Source of the DNA: Candidatus Micrarchaeota archaeon
Lineage (GTDB): Archaea > Micrarchaeota > Micrarchaeia > Anstonellales > J096
Length of the DNA stretch: 64,000 nucleotides
Reading direction: 5' to 3'
Assembly (NCBI GenBank): GCA_026982895.1
Contig: JALWQW010000030.1
Location: forward strand, 14,115 to 78,114
Shown here: in pieces, positions 56,718-64,000 of the stretch
Position numbering within the stretch: the stretch's first letter is position 1
Layout: every line of letters begins with the position of its first letter
Position numbers and translations under genes: made by a program
The notes under the pieces: generated by a model
What the model was told of the DNA's origin: nothing
The model's input: the letters and a program-made list of their open reading frames with translations, nothing else
The model's database searches: none

Positions 56718-57335
56718 ATGGATGTTTGTATAAAGTGTGGAAAAAGAGCTGCAGAGATTGGTTTGCTATGCAGAAGCTGTTTTGTGCCAAAGATTAAAAT
56801 GCCCAAACCGATAACTATAATCAAATGCAGAGATTGTGGCAAGCTTTACATTCAGGGGAAATGGCAGCATATGACGACGAAAAAATTGAGCAATTACCTT
56901 GCCAAAAAAATAAAGGGGGATTTTGAAAGAGCAGAGCTCGATATAGAAAACAAAGAGGCGCATATTTATTACAATACAGACAATGGTGAAGAAGTCGAAT
57001 ACACCTTCCCTTTTCCACTAAAATTTGAAAAGGGGCTCTGCCCACAATGCAGTAGGGCTCATGGTGGGTATTATGAAGCGATTTTCCAGCTCAGAGGCGA
57101 CCCTAAGAAGATAAGGCGTATGAAAAACATGTTTTTAAGATATGCTCATGACAAGACATTCATAAATAAAGAAGAGGAGAAGCACGGCGGCATAGACATT
57201 TATGTAGGGCACAGTAAAGTTCTCATCCAATTCCTGGCAGAGAATAGAATAAAAGATTACAAACTAAGCAGGAAGTTGCATACACAAAAAGAAGGGAAAA
57301 GGCAGTATAGAATAACAATAGCTTTGCGGCTTTAA
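56718..57335 (+). CDS. nmd3: NMD3-family ribosome biogenesis protein (short form)
   Basis: Four CxxC pairs, GGYYEAIFQLR. Confidence 0.88.
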   Translation: MDVCIKCGKRAAEIGLLCRSCFVPKIKMPKPITIIKCRDCGKLYIQGKWQHMTTKKLSNYLAKKIKGDFERAELDIENKEAHIYYNTDNGEEVEYTFPFPLKFEKGLCPQCSRAHGGYYEAIFQLRGDPKKIRRMKNMFLRYAHDKTFINKEEEKHGGIDIYVGHSKVLIQFLAENRIKDYKLSRKLHTQKEGKRQYRITIALRL

Positions 57336-57336
57336 G

Positions 57337-57501
57337 TTATTTTTTCCTCTCCATCATAGGCTTCTTATCATCAAATTTAGACCTCTCCATTGTCTTACCA
57401 TAAAAATACCTATTGGCCTGAATACGCGCTATACGGTTGATGCGGTCTACAGCCTGATGGGGAACTACGCTCCGCCTGTACCATATAAATTTGAATGTCA
57501 T
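57337..57501 (-). CDS. putative small basic protein (54 aa; absent from ORF track)
   Basis: MTFKFIWYRRSVVPHQAVDRINRIARIQANRYFYGKTMERSKFDDKKPMMERKK; TATA at 57526-57533; stop abuts nmd3 stop. Confidence 0.55.
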   Translation of the reverse strand: MTFKFIWYRRSVVPHQAVDRINRIARIQANRYFYGKTMERSKFDDKKPMMERKK

Positions 57502-57599
57502 GTAATGTTATTTTGAGGAGAAATGTTTAAAAAGTTGCTAGAGGTGGTTATAAAAAGGTTTGCCAATCAGCCTTTAAATATATAGCTCCTGTTTTAAGT

Positions 57600-58706
57600 A
57601 TGGAGCTCTTAACAGATTTGACATTAGGAAGATATTTCACATTCAAAGAAGCAGACAAGTTACCCATCCACAGATGGTTCCACTACAAAGAGGGTTTTTC
57701 GCCACAGCTCGTTCACAAGCTTATAGACGAAGGCTTCGGAGGACCTCTCCTCGACCCGTTCATGGGAAGCGGAACTACATTATTAGCAGCAGATGAGAAA
57801 TGCATAGAAAGTTATGGTATAGATGTTTCGCCATTATCTGTATTCGTTGCAGAAACAAAGGTAAGAAAATATGGCAGAGATGTCTTGAAAGAGCTCGAAT
57901 CGTTTGCAAAAGCGCTTAAAACATTTAAAGACGAGGCCAAATGGACATTTGAACTCTTTCCACCTCAAAGAGCATTCCCTCCTAGGAATTACCATGCCAT
58001 ACTCAAAATCCGCGAAGCTATTGAACATCTAGAGTATCCTGTGAAAAGTCTGGCGCTTTTAGCCCTGATAAGCATTATTCCAAGAACATCCTTCGTCGTA
58101 AAAGATGGCGGTGTTTTGCGCATAATGAAGCACAAGAGGGTAGGCGATGCGTATGATATATACCGACGGACTGCGAAGAAAATCATCCACGACACGCAAA
58201 AATTCAAACACTGCATAGAAGGAAAAGCGGAATTCGGCGATGCTAGGAGGATGCCAATAGAAGATGAAACGATTTCTTCAATCATCACATCTCCGCCATA
58301 CCTAAACAATGTCGATTACTCCAAGGTTTACGGCATGGAGCTATCCCTTCTCACGCTCAATAAAAGAGCAACGGTTGAAACGAGGAAGCACCTCCTTCCC
58401 TCTTTTATAGGCGTTAAGGGCAGTTTTGGCGAATATAAAGAAATGGCCGCCAACAGCTATTTTAAAGCCAGCGAAGAGGTTTGGAAAGAATTCCACCGCG
58501 TGCTTAAAGAAGGTGGCAAGGTCGCTTACAATGTCAGCAACGCCGTTATACACGGCGAACATATAGCAGTGGATGAAAAAATAGCTGAGATAGCAGAGAA
58601 CCTTGGCTTTAAGAATGTAAAAATCATCGTCGGGTTGATAAGGAAAACGCGCATAAACAGGAGAATATATAAAGTGAGGGAAAGCTTAATAACTGCTGAA
58701 AAATAA
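57600..58706 (+). CDS. amino-DNA methyltransferase (probably N4-cytosine)
   Basis: HRWFHYKEGFS, LDPFMGSGTT, ITSPPY. Confidence 0.88.
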   Translation: MELLTDLTLGRYFTFKEADKLPIHRWFHYKEGFSPQLVHKLIDEGFGGPLLDPFMGSGTTLLAADEKCIESYGIDVSPLSVFVAETKVRKYGRDVLKELESFAKALKTFKDEAKWTFELFPPQRAFPPRNYHAILKIREAIEHLEYPVKSLALLALISIIPRTSFVVKDGGVLRIMKHKRVGDAYDIYRRTAKKIIHDTQKFKHCIEGKAEFGDARRMPIEDETISSIITSPPYLNNVDYSKVYGMELSLLTLNKRATVETRKHLLPSFIGVKGSFGEYKEMAANSYFKASEEVWKEFHRVLKEGGKVAYNVSNAVIHGEHIAVDEKIAEIAENLGFKNVKIIVGLIRKTRINRRIYKVRESLITAEK

Positions 58707-58732
58707 GTGCTAAAAATAAAAAATTGAAAAAA

Positions 58733-59368
58733 TTATTGTTTGCTGAGCTTGTCTATCTCCGCCTTAGACAGAAAACGAGCTCCGTCTTTATCTATGACGA
58801 GGATATCTATGCCATCGCCGCTAGCAGAATCCCTGTGCATCGCCGCTTGAATGGCATTGACGACGAGCTTAACACCCTCCTTCCAGCTCATCTTTTCATT
58901 GTAGCCCTTGTCAAGAACACCGAAGGCTATTAAGCTGCCAGAGCCGCTGCTCGTCACCTTCTCTGGCGTAACGCCGCCTACCATATCAACACTGTAAAGA
59001 GAAGGTTTTCCTTCATGATAACCTGCTAGGATATTCGCCACCCAGAAAGGGTAATACCTATTGCTGCTTAATATATTGGCAAAAATAGTCGCTGCTGCAT
59101 GTGGTGAGATAGGTTTTCCTGTCTCTAACCTATACCTCTTAGCTTCCAATGCCATCCACCTAGCCAACGCCTGATTGTCGCCGACGCTTCCAGCCAAAGT
59201 CATGGCAAGATGGTCCGCTATAGGTATAATTTTAGTTATCTCTCTGCTATGAATATAATTTCCCATCGTCGCTCTCTTATCAGCGCCTAAAATAACGGCA
59301 TCCTTAGTTACTAAACCAACCGTCGTCGTTCCTGTCTTTAATTTCTCAACAGTGGCTTCCTCATTCAC
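58733..59368 (-). CDS. psmB: proteasome subunit beta
   Basis: KTGTTTVG, ADKRATMG, SGSGS, RDSASGDG. Confidence 0.97.
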   Translation of the reverse strand: MNEEATVEKLKTGTTTVGLVTKDAVILGADKRATMGNYIHSREITKIIPIADHLAMTLAGSVGDNQALARWMALEAKRYRLETGKPISPHAAATIFANILSSNRYYPFWVANILAGYHEGKPSLYSVDMVGGVTPEKVTSSGSGSLIAFGVLDKGYNEKMSWKEGVKLVVNAIQAAMHRDSASGDGIDILVIDKDGARFLSKAEIDKLSKQ

Positions 59369-59431
59369 ATTTTCACCAACCCATATGTGAAAGCATAATG
59401 TTTAAAAAGGCTCTTATAGACAAAGAAGACA

Positions 59432-59848
59432 ATGTCATTACCAAATTATGAAGAAATGCTCAACGAAGCATATGAGAAATTAGATGAACTCTCGATAAAG
59501 AGGGGGAGCGACCGTTTCGAGGTTCCAGAAGTAGATGCACTCATCGAGGGAAGTAGGACTGTGTTTAGAAACTTCGCCAGCTTCTGCGAGAAGATTAGAC
59601 GAGACCCGGATTTTGTAGCGAAGTTCATAAGCAAGGAGTTCGGCGCACCGACGAAGATAGAAGGAGATAGGCTCATAATACAGCGTAGAGTTAGAAAAGA
59701 GCAGTTGCAAAATAAAATGAAGCTGTTCGTAGATTACTTTGTTATATGCCATGAGTGTGGAAAACCTGACACAAAGATTGTATCACTGGAGGGCGTGCAG
59801 TACATCGTCTGCGAAGCCTGTGGCGCTAGGAGGCCTCTGAAAAAATGA
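59432..59848 (+). CDS. eif2b: translation initiation factor 2 subunit beta
   Basis: RFEVP, CHECGKPDT, CEACGA. Confidence 0.95.
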   Translation: MSLPNYEEMLNEAYEKLDELSIKRGSDRFEVPEVDALIEGSRTVFRNFASFCEKIRRDPDFVAKFISKEFGAPTKIEGDRLIIQRRVRKEQLQNKMKLFVDYFVICHECGKPDTKIVSLEGVQYIVCEACGARRPLKK

Positions 59849-60168
59849 ACGGCAGAAAAAAGAAAGCTCCGCCTCAGCAAGAGCAGATTGTTAGGGTTAA
59901 GATGCCCAAGCAAAGAGAGGGTGAGATGTTTGGCGTAGTTATGGCAGAGTTTGGAGGCGCTCGATTTTCCTGCTACTGTGAAGACGGCAAAGAAAGAATA
60001 TGCCGAATCCCCGGCAGATTGAAAAGGCGCGTTTGGGTAAGGGAAGGCGATTATGTTATTGTAAAGCCATGGGAGATTGAAGGAGACAAAAAAGGAGATA
60101 TACTCTGGCGTTATAGGCCATTGGAAGTAGAATGGCTTAAAAACCGTAACTACCTAAAAGACCTTTAA
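59845..60168 (+). CDS. eif1a: translation initiation factor 1A
   Basis: DGKERICRIPG, WVREGDYVIVKPW, KGDILWRY. Confidence 0.96.
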   Translation: MNGRKKKAPPQQEQIVRVKMPKQREGEMFGVVMAEFGGARFSCYCEDGKERICRIPGRLKRRVWVREGDYVIVKPWEIEGDKKGDILWRYRPLEVEWLKNRNYLKDL

Positions 60169-60878
60169 TGTCCGAAGAAAAGATAAAGGAGCGCTGGAAG
60201 ATAGAAGACAGGGTGTTTGACAGGCGCAGCCTTCTAGCCCTATCCAAAATTCTAAAAAAAGGCATTATAGAGCACATAGACTTTCCTATATCAACAGGGA
60301 AAGAAGCCAATGTTTATAGGGCTACAACGCCGGAAGGAGAATTCGCGGCTGTGAAGATGTACCGCATAGAAACCACAGACTTTGTTCAGCGTTTGGAGTA
60401 CATTGAAGGAGACCCGCGTTTTCATCTAGTTAAGAGAACACAGGCCGAGATAGTTTATGCCTTCACAAAAAAGGAATTCAAGAATCTCCACCTCGCGATA
60501 AAAGCAGGCGTTGATACAGCACAGCCCCTCTTTGCTGTAAAGAACATTGTAGTAATGAGCTTCCTAGGAAAGGACGGTTTCCCATATCCACCCCTCTATA
60601 AAGTCGGTAAGGAGGTTATAGAAGAGGATTTCCACAACATCATTGAAAATGTTAAGCGCCTCTATGAGGGAGGGTTAGTGCATTCAGATTTAAGCGAATA
60701 CAATATTCTTTTAGGCGATAAACCATATTTGATAGACTTTGCGCAAGGTGTCGCATTGGAGCATCCAAAAGCCCATGAATTCTTGCAAAGGGATTTAAGC
60801 AATGTACTCGAGTTTTTTAAGCGTTATTTAAGTATAGATTACACATTAGACGAACTTTACAAAGAGGTTATCGAATGA
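60168..60878 (+). CDS. rio1: RIO1 serine/threonine kinase
   Basis: STGKEANVY, LVHSDLSEYNIL, IDFAQ. Confidence 0.95.
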   Translation: MSEEKIKERWKIEDRVFDRRSLLALSKILKKGIIEHIDFPISTGKEANVYRATTPEGEFAAVKMYRIETTDFVQRLEYIEGDPRFHLVKRTQAEIVYAFTKKEFKNLHLAIKAGVDTAQPLFAVKNIVVMSFLGKDGFPYPPLYKVGKEVIEEDFHNIIENVKRLYEGGLVHSDLSEYNILLGDKPYLIDFAQGVALEHPKAHEFLQRDLSNVLEFFKRYLSIDYTLDELYKEVIE

Positions 60879-61723
60879 AGAATGTTAAAATAGGCAAATG
60901 GAAAAGCTGGGCAGAGCTTTTTAGGATAGAACATGGCATCATGTTGAGTTTTGCTCTGTTAGCGTCGCTGTGGTATATGGATGCGCAGCTGAATTTTATT
61001 CAATGGATAGCTGCCTTTCTAACGCCTTTATTCATCGAGATGGGAGCGTTTGCTTTAAACGATTACTATGATGTGGAAACAGACAAGAAGAATAAACGCT
61101 TTGACAGGCCCATAATACGTGGCGAGATTAAGAGAGAGGCTGCTTTTAAAATCGGCCTGGCATGCCTTATTATAGGGGTTATAGCGTCCTTTCCTTTGGG
61201 CAAAGTAGCGCTTGGCCTCGCCCTTTTTTCAGCCACACTCTCATATTATTACGATGCGCGCCTTAAATACACGCCCCTGTTAGGCAATGCTGCCATCGCA
61301 TTCTCAATGGCCCTTCCATTCTTGTACGCCTTTGCCATAACAGGAAAAAGCCATATCCTTCTAGTAGATTTAGCCGTAACAGCTTTTATCATGGGCTTAG
61401 CAAGAGAGATAGGTAAAGATTTGCAGGACTTAAAAGGCGATGCAGAAGTTGGCATGGGCAAAACCCTGCCTATGCTTATAGGCGAGAAATACACACAATG
61501 GCTTGTCGTATTTATATTTTTAATAAGCGCTGTGCCCATAGGTCATATAGCAATAAACTTATCTTCAAAGGCGGGCTGGTTCTTCCTTTTATTAGCAATA
61601 TGGGCTTTAGTTAAGAGCATAGCCTTCTTCACCGTTTGGAAGCAATACAACCTATTTAGGAAATTCACGCTCATAGGGATGGCTCTGGGTATGTTGGCTG
61701 TGTTTGTGGGTAAGATTATTTAG
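60875..61723 (+). CDS. UbiA prenyltransferase (DGGGP synthase-like)
   Basis: NDYYDVETD...RPI, REIGKDLQDLKGD...TLP; multi-TM. Confidence 0.88.
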   Translation: MKNVKIGKWKSWAELFRIEHGIMLSFALLASLWYMDAQLNFIQWIAAFLTPLFIEMGAFALNDYYDVETDKKNKRFDRPIIRGEIKREAAFKIGLACLIIGVIASFPLGKVALGLALFSATLSYYYDARLKYTPLLGNAAIAFSMALPFLYAFAITGKSHILLVDLAVTAFIMGLAREIGKDLQDLKGDAEVGMGKTLPMLIGEKYTQWLVVFIFLISAVPIGHIAINLSSKAGWFFLLLAIWALVKSIAFFTVWKQYNLFRKFTLIGMALGMLAVFVGKII

Positions 61724-63500
61724 GCGCAGTTAGGTTGGGAGGTATACTTCCAAAAATAACAAGAGCAGGTAGGATGTCCTTAGTATATGGATAGTAAATA
61801 TAAAGATCTGATGTGCCTATGACACGCTTTTCTATGAACTTATCAAAAGCCCATTTATTGTCAGAAAAGAAACCATTTATAGCGTCAAAATAATATTCTT
61901 TACCCTCTCTACCCCATATCTTAACAACAACGTGTGAAGCATATCCTTTTTTATTAGATCTATAGACTCCTAAAGTGGCATCATATCCAAAGTTCTTTAT
62001 GAACCATACAAAAAGTTGAGCAAAATCATCACAGTCACCATAGAGGAATTCTTCATCCAAGCCATTTTTCTTAACATATTTATAATAATTAGCAAGAGCT
62101 CTTAAAACATCTTTATCTAATAACCAGCTAACATTAGGATCTTTGTAAGAGGGATCTTCCTCTCCTTTTAGATTACTCATTTCTCTATTATTGTTATCCA
62201 ATTCTTTTTTATATTTCTGCCCACGGCCTCTTGCCAAATCCCTCATATTTAAAAACTGAAGATTACCATTCCCAGAAGGAAGGATATATGCAAATATATG
62301 ATTCATCCAAAAGTGTGCTAGCTCCTTCACAGAGGGATTGAGAGGTAGTTCTTTCTTAGCTTTTGCCTTAAGTATATTCAGCACCTTCAATGCCTTTTTA
62401 AGTCGATAGGCTATATTATGATCATCATAAACACCCAATGCATTATTTTCTTTTTTTCCTGAACCTTTGATTGTAAATGTTGCTAAGAAATCTGTAAAGA
62501 AGTTCTCTGCTTTCTCTAAATCACCATCAAAAAGTTCTAGAGCTAATCTTGCTAGTTCTTTCTTCCAAGGAAAATGATAGAAGATGGGTCGGATATATGA
62601 AATTCCAGAAAACCCAGAAGTCATTTGATAATAAATCTTCTTAAGATTAGGATACCCTGCCTTATCAAGTTCAGAACCTAATAATGATGATGAAACGCCA
62701 TTAGCTTGTAAAAAATTAAGTAAAATATATATATTTATAAAACCATCTTCCTCATTTTTAGCAAGTATAAAGTTCTTCACAAGTATATTAGATACAAGAT
62801 TATGCACTTTTTTGCCTGTCAATTCAGATGCTAATAGTATAATTTTATTATCATTAACATTAGGAGTGGTGAACATGCTGGCATATTCACTATCTACTGT
62901 AACAAAGGGGCGGAATGTGCTTAACAATTTGGGAGTGTATTTTTCCTCCTCTGTAGCACTTCCTTCTTGCGCAATGTCCTCTTCAGGCTCTGCTTGTTTT
63001 TTCTCCTCAACAATCTTTTGTTCCTCAAGTTCACCCCCATCTATGTTTTGTTGTGGGGTGTCTTTTAGATTATTGTCTATTTTATCTGTATTTTCTTGTT
63101 GCGGCTGGCTTCTGCCATGAGGTCGCTCAGCCTGATTATCATCCATTTTATGTGTATTTTCTTGAGGAATCTCCTCCTGAGGCTGGAGTTTTCGCTTATC
63201 AGATTGATTGGGGGCTGGTTGGTGTGGCTTCGGCTTTATCTCTTCTTCTTGAGGTTTCTCGTGATTTGAAGGATTTGAAGGGTTTGAATGTTGTTTTGGT
63301 TTTATTCTCTCCTCTAATGGCTTCCTTTGGGTAAACACGTGCTCCATCTTAGAATTAGAATGAGTAAGATGAGGAGAAGTATTTCTCAAAAAAGCCCTGT
63401 TTACACCAAAAGCTATCAACGCTGCTACACCTAAACCCTCTATGAACTTCAAACTAGTTACTACACCATCTTTAATTTTTGAACGAGATTTTTCTACCAT
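61716..63500 (-). CDS. membrane-anchored transglutaminase-like (Cys-His-Asp) protein
   Basis: N-terminal TM, Q/P/E-rich linker, GDCDDFA...SHVV...YFDA. Confidence 0.8.
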   Translation of the reverse strand: MVEKSRSKIKDGVVTSLKFIEGLGVAALIAFGVNRAFLRNTSPHLTHSNSKMEHVFTQRKPLEERIKPKQHSNPSNPSNHEKPQEEEIKPKPHQPAPNQSDKRKLQPQEEIPQENTHKMDDNQAERPHGRSQPQQENTDKIDNNLKDTPQQNIDGGELEEQKIVEEKKQAEPEEDIAQEGSATEEEKYTPKLLSTFRPFVTVDSEYASMFTTPNVNDNKIILLASELTGKKVHNLVSNILVKNFILAKNEEDGFINIYILLNFLQANGVSSSLLGSELDKAGYPNLKKIYYQMTSGFSGISYIRPIFYHFPWKKELARLALELFDGDLEKAENFFTDFLATFTIKGSGKKENNALGVYDDHNIAYRLKKALKVLNILKAKAKKELPLNPSVKELAHFWMNHIFAYILPSGNGNLQFLNMRDLARGRGQKYKKELDNNNREMSNLKGEEDPSYKDPNVSWLLDKDVLRALANYYKYVKKNGLDEEFLYGDCDDFAQLFVWFIKNFGYDATLGVYRSNKKGYASHVVVKIWGREGKEYYFDAINGFFSDNKWAFDKFIEKRVIGTSDLYIYYPYTKDILPALVIFGSIPPNLTAPK

Positions 63501-63596
63501 GTTTAGTTATTATGAATGGTAAAGTTTAAAAATATATCTCTACTATTTATCACTAATCTGTTTATCACTATTAATTCAACAATGTAAAAAATGATA

Positions 63597-63667
63597 TGCG
63601 CCAGCCGGGATTTGAACCCGGGTCCCCAGCGTGGGAGGCTGATATCCTGCCGCTAGACTACTGGCGC
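63597..63667 (-). tRNA. tRNA-Gly(CCC)
   Basis: GCGCCAG/CTGGCGC+A acceptor, anticodon loop CTCCCAC, CCGGG-TTCAAAT-CCCGG T arm. Confidence 0.95.
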
Positions 63668-63705
63668 TGCCTTCTAAATAGAGGTTTATGCTTTTAAATT
63701 TAATG

Positions 63706-64000
63706 TTATTTCTCTCCGCCTTTTGAAGCATCCCTATTTTTGAGGTACATGTAAGCCAGTAGATGCGCCCATAACAATCCTTGAAGGAATATAATATTTT
63801 TTATATTATCAATTTTAACCTCCTTTCCAGCGGCGATGAAGTTGTACAATTTATCTACAGAGGAACGGAGGTCTGTTAGATGCTTTGCCAGCCGTTCCCT
63901 ATTGTTAACAATGACTATCAACGCTGCCAATCTCAGAACATGCTTTTTATAGCTTACAACAAGTTTATCCATTTTTTTGTCTGAAATTTCGCCTTTTGAG
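63706..64000 (-). CDS. hypothetical protein, probably 5'-partial
   Basis: Frame stays open from ATG 63972 to the window edge. Confidence 0.55.
   Translation of the reverse strand, partial: SKGEISDKKMDKLVVSYKKHVLRLAALIVIVNNRERLAKHLTDLRSSVDKLYNFIAAGKEVKIDNIKNIIFLQGLLWAHLLAYMYLKNRDASKGGEK

Noticed and set aside
63546..63570. TTTATCACTA repeated twice downstream of tRNA-Gly
   Set aside because: Short and AT-rich; not distinguishable from chance and not a copy of the tRNA 3' end

Overview
Gene-dense archaeal chromosome segment, most likely a DPANN archaeon of the Micrarchaeota type. This is inferred from a three-unit epsilon2-like tRNA splicing endonuclease, separate priL/priS genes, a classical mevalonate operon and mostly leaderless TATA promoters. 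Housekeeping genes include pelota, RFC-S, Sec61beta, GlyRS, RNase Z, primase, topo VI, AglB, Dph2, UDG, L10e, EndA, TrmI, SlyD, NMD3, proteasome beta, aIF2beta, aIF1A, RIO1 and a UbiA-family prenyltransferase. There are two tRNAs (Tyr with intron, Gly), and many orphan genes are interspersed. Most notable structures: (1) an AT-rich ~2.1 kb island (24908-27045) bounded by two diverged ~62-bp hairpin repeats with AAC...GTT ends that resemble integron attC sites. It holds a frameshifted IS5 element, an orphan gene and a truncated second IS end. (2) A tandem gene pair (47442-49295) sharing promoter, N-terminus and C-terminal motif but differing in HEAT-like repeat number. (3) A polytopic-membrane double AAA+ ATPase. 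(4) Five small ORFs missed by the ORF track, one of which is Sec61beta. No CRISPR array, rRNA or integrase was seen. All calls are by eye; no database searches were run.
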